Positions 13,081 through 25,592 of a stretch of 64,000 nt of DNA are shown piece after piece. Source of the stretch: Zootoca vivipara (taxonomy: Eukaryota); NCBI RefSeq assembly GCF_963506605.1, contig NC_083280.1, positions 32,364,001 to 32,428,000 of the forward strand, in the 5' to 3' direction. Position numbers and translations under genes: made by a program. The first letter of the stretch is position 1. Every line of letters starts with the position of its first letter. Below the pieces are notes generated by a model. It was given only the letters and a program-made list of their open reading frames with translations, was not told the DNA's origin and ran no database searches.

Positions 13081-15330
13081 TTTGAGCATATTTAAAGTTT
13101 AGTAAGTAGGTTTGCTTTTTTGTGAAACTGCTCCATAAGGTTAACTTCTGTTTTCCTTCTGTAACCCATTCCCTTTGAGTCTATAAAGAAAACCCATTGA
13201 GTGCTTAGATAACCCCATTTTGTGCTGTCTTCAACAGAGTTGCTGGGATTGCTCTCTGAAACAGCTCTCCTTCCCTTTCAAAACTGCTTACCAAGTAAGA
13301 ATTCTTAAGAATTTAAAATGTGCCGCTGGTTCTGACAAGGAAATGTGGTGATGGCAGTGAAACTACCCAGGCTAGAAGTAGCCAAATTCCCATTTCCCAT
13401 ATTCCCATTCACTCAATCATTGGGGAGGCCCCTACAGGTATATACTTGAGGATGGTACCCATCAGGAGACGCATATCTGTTCAGACTGCATGTACAGCAG
13501 ACATCCAGACTGCTGTGCAAGCATCACTAAACTAGCATTAAGTTTAAAAGCATGTTCCCATTAGTTTCTGCAGAGATTATTCCACACGGCAGGAGGAAAA
13601 TTAAATATGTGAAAAGTTTATCAGGATTTTTTTTCCTTTGCATTCTCTTACAGAAAGTAATTCAGACAGTAGTCCTACACCTACTCACTTCTCCTGTTTG
13701 AAATTAATGCAAAGCACCGACAATCCCACCTAATTATCATACATAAAATATAACTTTAGCTCAATAATTATAACCCCTTGGTAGAAGCCTGAAAAGCAAC
13801 TGACATGTGAAGCCAATAGATAAAGTAAAACAATGTAACTTAAATGTAATTCTGCTTTTTATATTTACATTTTTGCAGGATTTACAGTCTTGCTAGGAAC
13901 ATGCCCTGCATTTGCTAAAAGTGCAGCAGAAAAAAATGTGAAGATTATTACTAAACTAGCAAAACCTGAATTCCAAATTAAATTCTACCTGTGGAAATGT
14001 GAATTATTGACAAACTTTGGACAGCCCAACAAATACAGTAATAGCAACCAATCAGTGAACTTTATATGATAGTTATACTTATTGGGATTTCACCACCCAG
14101 CAACAGTTAGCTAGGCTGGCACAGTATTATGGCAAGTTATAAAAGGAAATTGACATTGCTTTAAGCAAGCCTATATCGGACAGCATATAATCATGCAATG
14201 CACTTAAGAGTAGTTAGTGCAAAGGAATTACCAGTTATCACCTCATATCAGTCTTGAATGGGATCCCATTATATTCTTCAAAACCACATCTCTTTTTCAC
14301 CTAACCTCCCCATTGCCTATATAGAGAATGCTTACATACTTAATATGTACTACACAAATATATCATCACCCCATCATCACCCACTCCCCCCAAGACTCAA
14401 ATGTATACAGATTTGTAGTGTTCATGCAAAATAGGTCAGTGCACACATTATCCACTTAGTAGGATGTTCTATTCACTACTACATCTTTCTTTAGTCTAGG
14501 ATCTAATGCACTTGAGCTCTACATCACACTGTGGCAGAACTTATTGGGTTGACTTGTTTTCTCTAGGAAGCAGCAGCTAAGTGACATAATGAGGTGTTAC
14601 AGCTTTCCTGTTCTCAAACCAGGTGAAATACAGTCAATTAAAAACTATTCCCGAAATTTAAAAAAATACTTGCAGCGATTTAGACTACCAAAATCCTTGT
14701 CTTTCTACTATTTCAACATGATAATGGATCTGTCCTGGGAGCTCAGAGTCTTCAAAGGAATATATTGTAAACTAAGGGAGATTTCATTGTCTTGTTAGCT
14801 ACTTTCCACATTATTAGCCTGAAGCCATTTAACTAAACAATAATACAACTGCCGTTTGCATCTCCCACATACATACAGTAAATCAACTATTCATTCTAGC
14901 TAATGAAAGCTCTAAAATACACCCATTTTCTATGTTGCAGAAATACAATTATTAAGCCACACACAATTATTAAGTCACCATCAAGCAGGTTTGCAATGAA
15001 ATCACCTAAAATCCATACTGGAATTAAATGTACCCTGTTAGCAGCCCAGTCTTCCATTTAATGTGCACACTGTATCTAGTCTCCAAGACTAACCAATTTA
15101 TAAAAATCCACGTGGATGAAATTGTGATAGTTCTTTCAGAAAAGAAAACCAGAAACTGTCCAGACAGAGGAGCAACAGCAAAAACAAAAACCTAGCTCTG
15201 TAATAGTTCAGGAAACCTAAAGATATACAATCTTACAAACTATAGAAAAATAATTGTGCCTCTGCAAACATGTGTGCATGCATGTGCATAACTACGTGCC
15301 AAGAAGTGTGTCTGTACAAGTATATCATGG

Positions 15331-15691
15331 TAAAGGTAAAGGTAAAGGGACCCCTGACCATTAGGTCCAGTCGTGACCGACTCTGGGGTTGCGCGCTCAT
15401 CTCGCATTATTGGCCGAGGGAGCCGGCGTATAGCTTTCAGGTCATGTGGCCAGCATGACAAAGCCGCTTCTGGCAAACCAGAGCAGCACATGGAAACGCC
15501 ATTTACCTTCCCGCTGTAGCGGTTCCTATTTATCTACTTGCATTTTGACGTGCTTTCGAACTGCTAGGTTGGCAGGAGCTGGGACCAAGCAACGGGAGCT
15601 CACCCCGTCACAGGGATTCGAACCGCCAACCTTCTGATCAGCAAGCCCTAGGCTCAGTGGTTTAACCACAGCGCCACCTGGGTCCCTTTTT
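15331..15691 (-). mobile_element. Sauria SINE, full length
   Basis: 13-bp TSD aagtatatcatgg. Confidence 0.94.
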
Positions 15692-17127
15692 AAGTATATC
15701 ATGGGGGAGCTGTAAATAAAGGCTATAAATAACCAGAAGTAAAATTAATTACATTAAATTATGACCCCTATAAAACTTGGCAGTCCTTAATATTAAAAAA
15801 CTATATATGTATAACATCAAAATTCTAAGTGCATCTGAAGTGACACAAACAAATGAAAGGAGGCAGAGGATGGAATAATTTGCATCAAAGGGTTCTCATT
15901 TTTTTGGCTGTCCTCTTCAACCGTTCAACATTTAATTGGGGAAATGTCTGCAGGAAAATACTCAGGAATCCTGCATAGTCTATATATTTTCATCACACAA
16001 GCATGAACACATACACACAGAGAGAGAGACAAAAGAGCCTGTTCACCCTATGAAGGGATGCAGTGACCAAGTATTTGGTTAGCACTAATCATAGTTTGTT
16101 AAATTCACACAACACAACAAACTGTTAAGCAGACCAGGGGCAGATGAGGAAAGGTGGAAGGAGCATGTAATCCTGTGCATTGAACATTCCTAGTCCTCCA
16201 AATCATGGTTCTGGTAATTGCTCATGTAATGACTAGACTGAGCCTGTATTTATTTTCAGAGTTCAAACAGAAACAATGTGTCTTTAACCAGCAACTGTGG
16301 TGTAGATCTTTTCTCAACCCCCCCCCCCCCCCGTATGAATCTCTCTCTCCATGAGTAATCTTTGAATATGTTAAAATGGTTCCTGAAATAGCATTCAAAT
16401 GAAGCATATATGCTTTTCTGGCAGGAATGCTCTTATTTTAGTCTAAGCTCACACATTGTCAAATACACCATTTCAGCCTATGCTAAAAAGCAGCTGCCGT
16501 TACATGAAAAAGACTTAATTTTTCGTTAAAAGGTGTACAGCCTAGGTTATTTTCTTTTTCCTGTGTTTTCTTTCTGAAAAATTCACATAGCCTACTTGCA
16601 TATCTAAACTGAGAGTGGAAACTATGGGTACTTCAATTGTTACAACTGACTTCCAAAATTCCAAATATCTGTGAATTTTCTGAGGCATAAATAGAGCACA
16701 GGATTCCTAGCTTTCCAGGAGAGCATTCCAAACTATGCTTTATCACCACCAGAGCAAATTATGCTAGTAGAATTTACCCCCAATCCAAACTCAATTGAAC
16801 AGTTGCGACTACCCAAGCCTGGCAGAGAGAAAACAAAACATTAAAAGACAGTTTGACTTACAGCACCCTGTTTGCCAGCGTAACTGCCATTGGGTTGCTA
16901 GGTCACTTGATTGAGCTGGACAAAGTTTGGAATGGGAGTAAGTCTCCCCTCCCCCCCGTCCCATCTTGCCTCTCCCTGGAATTATCCTTTTTTCACACTG
17001 TATTTCCTCCATATATAAGCAACATGTTGACGGAGATGAATCTGTCATAGTGCCAAATTCAGAATTATTTTTTAAAAAATACTTCTTTCAAATCTTTCGG
17101 ATTTGAGAAATAAAAGCGATTCTAAAG

Positions 17128-17207
17128 ACAGGAGTGCCTGGCGTGCTATGGTCCAGGGGGTCACGAAGAGTCGGACACGACTAAACGACTAAACAACAAC
17201 AACAACA
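17128..17207 (+). mobile_element. Bov-B extreme 3' end fragment
   Basis: ggggtcacgaagagtcggacacgactaaacgactaaacaacaac tail. Confidence 0.85.
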
Positions 17208-17335
17208 ATTATTTTTAATGTACATGTGTCACCATTTACAACTGAAATGGCTTTATAAGATGACATCTTGCTAATTCTAGTCTGTAGCAAAACATTTGCT
17301 AATGCAGACAGAATGTTTTACTATGTTTTTATATA

Positions 17336-17572
17336 CCATATTGGCCTGAATATAAGCAGCATTTTTTTTTTCAAATTCCAATCATGAAAATGTAAAGTTT
17401 GGCTTATATTCACGACCTTATGCTGCAGGCAAAGCGGTGCGGCTCCCACTCCTCCCAGAGAGCAGGCCAGGACCATGGGGCAACGGCGCCCGTCATATCC
17501 GTGGCTCCCAAGCCGCTGAATTTTAAAGGCAAGGCTTATTTGAGGGTGCAACTTATATTTGGGGCAATACGG
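17336..17572. mobile_element. CCGTA-type Tc1/mariner MITE
   Basis: TA|ccatattggcctgaatataag ... cttatatttggggcaatacgg|TA. Confidence 0.82.
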
Positions 17573-18529
17573 TACGCTGGAAGCTGCCCACAGTGGCTGG
17601 GGCAACCCAGTCAGATGGGTGGGATAAAAATAATAAATTATTATTATATTATAATGGAAGGAGGACAGAAACTGAAAAAGTCAAGCAAAAGGAAGACAGA
17701 AAGTAGGAAGGCATGAGATATTTGTGAAGAAATAGAGGAGTGGGGAAAGTTAACAAACATTAATAAGGAAAAATTGTATATGTAACACTGCAACAAGGGT
17801 TTTCCTCCTTTCCATCAAGCAGATTAGCAAAGGAGCCAAATGAATAAATAAAAGCAGCTATACTAATATAGGTTCATTGCTTTACCAAAGGGGCTGGAGG
17901 AAAAGCATGGAATGATTTGATAAAGGTTTATGAAAGAACAAGATAACCTCAGAGTGGAATGATAGCCAACATGCTGTGGCGTCCACAAAGAACAAAAACA
18001 AACAAACAACCAGTCATAATTGCCACTGTGCCACTATGACCATTAACAATGGTTAACCGATGCCTGTATTTAACTTTTTAACTTTGTTTGTTTGTTTTAT
18101 TCCTGCAAGCTGTTGTGGCATATTTTTATGACGTAGCAGCATGATAGTTTTATGAATAAATAACAGCTGAGTCATGGAGTACCCATCCTAATATTAATGT
18201 AGGTCAAACAACGGCAGGAGAACATTAGAAGGCACAAGTGTAGTGATTAACATAGCCTTCACCTACTTCCAACCTGGTCCAGATGTTTTGAACTACAACC
18301 CCCATGAGTCCTAGGCAGCAGACCTGGTTCGGACTTATGGAATTGTAGTCCGTAACAACTGGAGGCTGGCAAACACCAGGCTAACCTATAGGAAGTATTT
18401 GGTGAGGAAATGTGTATTTCTGCACTCACAGAAATAGTACAGCAACAGGATCTTCAGCCATCAACAAAACCCTTATATATTGTCTGTTGATATGTACTGC
18501 GAAAAAGAAATAGGTTTTAAATAAATAAG

Positions 18530-18765
18530 AGAAGAGAGAAGAAGAAGAGTTTGGATTTGATATCCCGCTTTATCACTACCGGAAGGAGTCTCAAAGCGGC
18601 TAACAATCTCCTTTCCCCGCCTCCCCCACAACAGACACCCTGTGAGGTGGGTGGGGCTGAGAGACTTCAAAGAAGTGTGACTAGCCCATGGTCACCCAGC
18701 AGCTGAATGTGGAGGAGCGGAGACACGAACCCGGTTCCCTACCGCTCTTAACCACTACACCACCC
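18530..18765 (-). mobile_element. tRNA-derived SINE, Squam3-like
   Basis: Reverse-complement match to 28460-28700 with (TTC)n tail. Confidence 0.85.
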
Positions 18766-19374
18766 ACCCACCCCGCTCCACATTCCCTTGCAGCAGTTCT
18801 GATATAATATGTGCATCGTAAGTATGACTCCTGAGCACATATGTTTCAATTATAAATGGTCATCCAAGATGCATTCAGCTGAAAATATTGAACTAAAATG
18901 TTAATCAATACAATTTGCTTGCAGACTATCTCATAAGCTGAATTCATAGACAGCTGCAGCTCAGAGGTCATCTTTGAGTACGGTCTGTGAATGATTCATT
19001 TTGAATTGCTTTCCCATGTCTACTTACTGGAAATCTTTGCAAGAACCCAACCATGGTCACAAATTGTTAGGGTGGAATTGTACGGTAATTTGTAGCACTT
19101 GCTACGAAGCAAGAAAGCAACACATTGTTTGAGTTGTCTGTGTCAAGTCCCCCGAACCTCATCCTAATAATCTGCTACAGACGCTTTGTTTTCCCATACT
19201 GTGGAACTTGCACAAGAGAAAACAAACACAAGCTTATCATACCAATAATGTACACTTAGCCAGTGAACAGTTCTGCCAAGAGATCCCAAAAGTGGAGTTT
19301 AAAGGAAGCAAGATCTTCAGCAACTCTACTCCCAAGAAAAATATGGAATATGAATACAAATAGACAAGAGAATA

Positions 19375-19601
19375 CAGTGGTACCTCGGGTTAAGAACTTA
19401 GTTCGTTCCAGAGGTCCGTTCTTAACCTGAAACTGTTCTTAATCTGAGGTACCATTTAAGCTAATGGGACCTCCTGCTGCCGCCACGCCACCGCCGTGCG
19501 ATTTCTGTTCTCATCCTGAAGCAAAGTTCTTAACCCGAGGTACTATTTCTGGGTTAGCGGAGTCTGTAACCTGAAGCGTCTGTAACCTGAAGGTACCACT
19601 G
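19375..19601. mobile_element. Tigger-like MITE
   Basis: TA|cagtggtacct ... aggtaccactg|TA. Confidence 0.9.
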
Positions 19602-19801
19602 TAATTACTGTAATTCAGAACAAGCCATCAGCAGAGGTGTGGTGCTGAAGTCACTCAACATACAGTATCAAGGCACATGCTAAACATGAATTAAGAGACA
19701 TTCTGCCAATGCAAACATCAAAGCAGTCAAAAAGCACTGGGGGGGGGGGTGTAAGGTGATCTCATAGGTAAACTGGTCCCAAGTTGTTGTTAAGGGCTTT
19801 A

Positions 19802-20028
19802 CAGTGCTACCTTGGTTCCCGAAAGGCTTAGTTGCCGAACAAATCGGCTCCCAAATGCCGCAAACTCAGAAGTAAGTGTTTATTTGGAAGCCTAATGTCC
19901 GACGCGGCTTCCGCTTGAGTGCAAGAAACACCTGCAGCCAATCGGAAACCACACCCTGGTTTTCAAATAGTTTCGGGAATTGAACGGACTCCCGAAATGG
20001 ATTAAGTTCGAGAACCAAGGTACCACTG
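19802..20028. mobile_element. Tigger-like MITE
   Basis: TA|cagtgctaccttggttc ... gaaccaaggtaccactg|TA. Confidence 0.9.
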
Positions 20029-20315
20029 TATATACTAATAGTAATAATTCTTTGGATTTAGCCTGGTAGCAAATCAGCAACCAGCGCAGATCTCTGCTAT
20101 ACTGATGTCGTATGCTAACAAGGCCTCACTCCTGTTAGCAATCATGTTGCAGCATTCTGCACTAACTCCAGGTGCCAGATGACGCACAAGGGAAGCCTCA
20201 TATCATGGTTCAAAGATACCAACTCCTATTATGAGAAATATGTTCTTTAATGAGGTACATAACTCAAATTGCTTAAGTGAGCATAGAAAATGTATTTTAA
20301 ACTAGAGATTTAATA

Positions 20316-20557
20316 CAGTGGTACCTCTACTTATGAATAACTCTACTTACGAATGTTTCTATTTACGAATGGAGCTCCGTCCGCCATCTTGGATGCGGTT
20401 TAGATAGGATTTTTTCTACTTACAAATTTTTAGATAGGGTTGCTTCTACTTACGAATTTTTTCTCCCAATGCATTCCTATGGGATTCGACTTACATTTTT
20501 TTTTACTTACAAATGTGCATTCGGAACGCATTAAATTCGTAAGTAGAGGTACCACTG
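20316..20557. mobile_element. Tigger-like MITE
   Basis: TA|cagtggtacctctactta ... taagtagaggtaccactg|TA. Confidence 0.92.
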
Positions 20558-21130
20558 TACTTGCTCCTTCTGTTGAAACACTTCAGCACTGCATTTATCT
20601 ATGCCATCTATAAAACAATCTCAACAGCAATCCCACCCCACCCCCCATTCCACAGAGCACAGAAATGTAAATCTTTGCTTCATGTTGACAAATCCATATA
20701 AAACATGTTACGTAAGGTGGGGGACGGAGGGGAAAGTTTAGTGAAAAGGTACATGATTTGAATAAAAACGTTTTAAAGTTTCATGACATCTCCATGAATG
20801 GTAGTAAAATACCACTATCGGAAACCCTAGGAAGGCATTGCTAATCCGTGTAAGAAATATTGAGATATATAGGCCAGTGGGCAAACTCAGTAAAAAGCAG
20901 ATGCCTAAATTCCTAAAAGCAAATTTGCTGCACTACCAGAGTTTAAAGTACAAAAGGTAGAGTCTCTATATAAATGGATCACAGTCAATCAGTAGGAATA
21001 TCTATTTGTTTAGCAAAACATGCCAAATCAGAATCAGTAAGAGTCCATCACAAAAAGGCATGCTGTCTCAATACACAAGGGCTGGTTCACATATTACATG
21101 GAAAAGAGATTATAATCCTTTCCTTCTACA

Positions 21131-21280
21131 AAATAAAAAAAATCCTTTAAGGTAGCACCTTAAAGACCAACTAAGTTTTTATTTTGGTATGAGCTTTCGT
21201 GTGCATGCACACTTCTTCAAATACTGTACTTTATTTTGCTTTGACTCAGACCAACACGGCTACCTACCTGTAACTAGAAC
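21131..21280 (-). mobile_element. Very short Penelope pLTR-derived insertion with hammerhead motif (21187-21224)
   Basis: Same pLTR sequence as 46051-46145 plus the same inverted tail as 45245-45290; flanked by direct repeat tttccttctaca. Confidence 0.85.
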
Positions 21281-21902
21281 TTTCCTTCTACAGTTATTTA
21301 AAGAAGTCTAAAAAAGCCGAGACCTGTAAAACTAGCAACAGTCACCACAGTTTGAATTAATCAATGGAAAATCTTCTTGAGATAAGTTTTTCCACAATCA
21401 CATAAGCAGATATCTAGTCAGCCAAGACCAGCACCGAAGCAACTAACTGTTTGAAACTATATAAGTATTTACAGCATGACAACCCGGAAAAAGAGTTTGA
21501 GTTGATCGTATTACTGCTAATTCCACATCTAGCTTCCAAGATAAATAACATTTTCTCCTTTTCCCCCAGTCTGTAACCAAGCTTTTGTTTGAGAATCACC
21601 CTGACATTTTATGCTTTACTTAATTACTCAAATTGTAGAAAGAGTCACAGTTAATGCATTTCTATTTAAAGAAAACAAGAGTTCTTAATACAGTATTTTT
21701 TTAAATCATCAAGCAATTATCTGAAAGCCCATAAGACAGGGTGGTGGGGAGGGCTTTTCCTTCAATCAGTCCAATTCACATGTGGCATTAAAATGCATTT
21801 AAAAACTAACCATGGCATAACACAAATGAGCAGCATACAGGTACATGCATCTCAAAAGTTCCTGATGAGCCCTTTTCGTGCCCCTGCCATGCAGAAAGAA
21901 TA

Positions 21903-22040
21903 ACAGAATAATAGAGTTGGAAGGGACCCCAAGGATCATCTAGTCCAACCACCTGCAATGCAGGAACATGCAGCTGTCTCATACAGGGATTGAACCTGCA
22001 ACCTTCATGTCATCAGCACCATGCTCTAACCAACTGAGCA
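21903..22040 (-). mobile_element. tRNA-head SINE with CR1-type 3' tail
   Basis: Minus strand reads gctcagttggttagagc...gcaggttcaatccc then ggttggactagatgatc...cccttccaactct. Confidence 0.75.
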
Positions 22041-22152
22041 ACTTTGTGTTCTGTGAAAATAAGTGTCTGTGGTATGTTTCTCCAAGAAACCTTTGGGAAT
22101 TGCTCATGGTTTGTTGGAGATAAACAACCCACAAGCACTGGTTTGCATAATA

Positions 22153-22437
22153 CAGTGGTGCCTCGCTTAACGAATGCCCTGCTTAACGAAATTTCCGCTT
22201 AACGAAAGGATTTTTCGAGTGGAGGTTGCCTCACTAGACGAATTCATTTTATGAAAAATTCGTCTAGCCAATCACGGTTTCCCATAGGAATGCATTGAAA
22301 TTCAATTAATGCCTTCCTATGGGCAAAAAAAAATTAAAAAAAAATTCAATGCATTCCTATGGTATTCGCTAGACGAATTTTTCGTTATAAGAAAAGACCC
22401 GTGGAACGAATTAAATTCGTCTAGCGAGGCACCACTG
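22153..22437. mobile_element. Tigger-like MITE
   Basis: TA|cagtggtgcctcgct ... agcgaggcaccactg|TA. Confidence 0.92.
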
Positions 22438-22805
22438 TACAGAAAGACAGCCACCGACTTATTTCTCCTCTGGATCACATCAGGAACTTTGTAGAAGTAT
22501 GCACTACTGTGTGCACATAAAGTTAAAATGACTTGATGTTACATGCAAACCAGGAAATCGCCACAATCAGCATGACTTTGGTCAGAAGCTGTGCAGAACT
22601 CATGTTTCTAGAATTGAAAAAGTGGTGGCATTCATTTCCCATTCACATATACAGCTTGGCATCAACTTCCTTTGAGCTACACTCAAATACGTGGCTTATG
22701 AAGAAAGGTTGGGGGCAAACAGAAAGAAGGCCAAATTTAATAGACGCCATGGTGAATGCTGTGAGGCTTTGCACTTCTCACATAATGTGAACGAGGTATA
22801 CTTAC

Positions 22806-22884
22806 AGAATTGTAGGCTAAGGCTCAGAAAGGCTAACAAGGCTGCCAAGGCCAACAAGAGCAAAAAACGATTTCGGAAAAGCAT
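22806..22884 (-). CDS. PXYLP1: PXYLP1 first coding exon, CDS portion (whole exon 22806-22937); N-terminal type II signal anchor
   Basis: Translates MLFRNRFLLLLALAALLAFLSLSLQF, which I recognise as the vertebrate PXYLP1/ACPL2 N-terminus. Acceptor tttctgttgacag| before 22937; donor T|GTAAGT after 22806 (79 coding nt, phase 1). Confidence 0.95.
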
Positions 22885-24027
22885 TATTATTCTTTCTGCT
22901 ACTTCTTCATGATTTCACCTCCATAGTCAGATACTTCCTGTCAACAGAAATACAAAAAAAAAAATTATGCATTAGAGATAACCCTCACCCTTTTGAGAAA
23001 AACTGAAGCTCCAAGATTAAGAAAAAAAGACATGGTTTCTTTCTTTTTAAAAAATTCTTTTTAGTAAAGTATTATTAAAATAACAATTTCCGTAAAACAA
23101 AAAAAACCAGACAGAAAATATAAACATTTATTCTATGCAGAAGTCAAAAGAATATTCACCAGAACCTACCTTGCTACCCTATACTATTAATAATCACTTT
23201 ATTACTACTATGACTTTATTACTGATTACTGAATTAAACTAATAAATTAAATTCCATTTTCAATTGATACTTTAGAACAGAGGTAGCTAATAATGTGGTG
23301 CCCCCTCCAGTTGTTGGCTCCATCTCCCATTGGCCTCAGCTGGCATGGCCTATGAGAGATGCCATCCAGGAACAGCAGGAGGATATCACCTTTGTCATCC
23401 CTACCTTCAAATAATAAAGAGGCTTTGCCTTGCTTGAGGAAGCAATGAGTTCCCTTTGCAATATTCAATAAATGGTTTCCAGCATACCAAAAAAAAGTCA
23501 TCCTGTTGCCTCCTCCTTTAAGCCTTTCTTTTCCATTTTAAGTTTATTTTTCCCTGAAAGCAAATTCCCAAACTTGTTCTTCACCTGTAGCCCTTTACTG
23601 GGAAATAAAGGTTTTAATACATAACTATTCAGCAAAATTCACTAAGCTTGTTTCAAAATGCAACTGAGGATGGATATTTTGAGCATTTCAAAAATAATAC
23701 AAATAATTCCAAATCTTGCTTTGTACTATGCAGTTAGGAAAACAGTGGGTGGTATCCAACTATTCAGAGTAGTTACACTCAGAATAGACCCATTGAAGTA
23801 AGTGGGTTTAAGTAACGTAAGTAACTGTTTAAAGGCTAAATCCTATGATTCCTGTGAGGTCATCCAAGGGGCCAGAGGAAATGTCTGGATCTCCCTCTCT
23901 GTGGGCAGAGAAGGTGGTCCACCCTGAGAACCTCCATCCCAGCCATCACAGAAAATGTAAGGACAGTTACTGATACTCCCTCACCACTGCTGAGGGTAAA
24001 AAGGAGATGTTCTGGGGACATGTAATA

Positions 24028-24732
24028 CCATATTTTTCACTCCATAAGACACACCTTTTTCCTCCTAAAAAGTGAGAGGAGATTCTGTGCGTCTTATGGA
24101 GCGAATGCCTGGTCCCTGTAGCCGAATTGCCCAGGGGCCAAAGGCAGATCGTGCCTTTTTTTTTTTAAAGAAAGAGCTAAAGACTAACAAGAGGGAAAGA
24201 GAGTGTTGAAAGGACCCGCTCAGCAGCTGACTGCAAGAGATTGAGGAGGGAGATAAGGGAGCTAGCTCCCTTCCAGCCCCACCCAGGCCCCAATTGTTGT
24301 CTGCAGAGGGAGGCTGCTTGTTTCCCCAGCGACATGTGACTGGCTGATTAGATTATCTGTCTGGAAACTGTAGAAATGGGTCCCTTTCCTTTCCTAGAGA
24401 AGCTGCAGAACTGTGAGTTGAACCCCATAAAAACAGGATTTCCCCCCTTTGCAAGGTAAGCTCAACAACTCAAAAATGGAGCTTTCCCCCTTTGCAAAAA
24501 AGATGCACAACTCTGAGCTGACCCCCCCCCCAATGGGGCTTTTCCCATTTGCAAAAAAAGCTGCACAACTTTGAGCTGATCCTCAAAAAAATGGAGCTTT
24601 CCCCCTTTGCAAAAGAAGCTTCCTCAAATATTTAATTGGGGGGGGGCAAAGGCACCTAGGCCTCTAGGAGTTGGCTGCTATGCCTAGGACAATTCAAGAA
24701 AGCAAAACATTTTTTTCTTATTTTCCTCATCT
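24028..24732. mobile_element. CCGTA-type DNA transposon remnant with internal ~60-bp tandem repeats
   Basis: Left end TA|ccatatttttcactccataagac with inverted gtcttatggagcgaa nearby; about four cccctttgcaaaaaa units at 24440-24620; right TIR not found. Confidence 0.65.
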
Positions 24733-24845
24733 ATGGTCGGGTTTTAGGATGTATTTTAATTGATTGCCTGATTTTATGGTAATGTGTTATACAATTAATG
24801 TTAGCTGCTCTGAGCCCGGTTTTAGCCAGGGAGGACAGGGTATAA

Positions 24846-24847
<2 letters not shown>

Positions 24848-24898
<51 letters not shown>
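24848..24898. repeat. (TTA)n microsatellite
   Basis: Direct observation. Confidence 0.97.
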
Positions 24899-25255
24899 CA
24901 TTCATATTTGAAGGTCACCAGAAGTATATAACTGCTAGCAGGGAAATACAGCTAATATATTAAGATGTGTACGGCATGAGGCTATATCAACAAAGTTGAA
25001 ATTACAGATAAACACTTAGACAACAAGGGAAGAGTGGGGAGCTAGGCTGTAACTAGGCTCCCCACTTGCAGAATGTTCTCCCCAGGGAGGTTTGCCTAGC
25101 AACTTTGTTACATATTTTTAGGTGCCAGGCAAAAAGAAAAAAATCTTTCTCCCAGGCCTTGGGCTAATGAAACAATCTATGGCCTTTTAAACTTGGGGGG
25201 GGGATTACTGTTTTGTTTGTTACTATGTTACGTATTTTGGTGTATTCATACTGTA

Positions 25256-25592
25256 CAGTGGTACCTCGGTTTATGAACACAATTGGTACCGGAAGTCTGT
25301 TCATAAACTGAAGCATTCATAAACTGAAGCGAACTTTCCCATTGAAAGTAATGGAAAGTGGATTAATCCGTTCCAGACGGGTCCGCGGAGTACTCAACCT
25401 GAAGCATACTTAACCCGAAGCATGGGTGTAATTGGTTCCAGAAGTCTGCTCTTAAACCGAAGCGTTCATAAACTGAAGCGAACTTTCCCATTGAAAGTAA
25501 TGGAAAGTGAATTAATCCGTTCCAGATGGGTCCGCAGCGTTCGTAAACCGAAAATCCATAAACCGAGGTGTTCATAAACCGAGGTTCCACTG
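25256..25592. mobile_element. Tigger-like MITE with internal duplication
   Basis: TA|cagtggtacctcggtttatgaacac ... gtgttcataaaccgaggttccactg|TA; the block aactttcccattgaaagtaatggaaagt occurs twice. Confidence 0.92.

Noticed and set aside
24420-24620. Spaced ~60-bp repeats superficially like a CRISPR array
   Set aside because: Eukaryotic context, degenerate tandem units without unique spacers, inside a transposon remnant, no cas genes.
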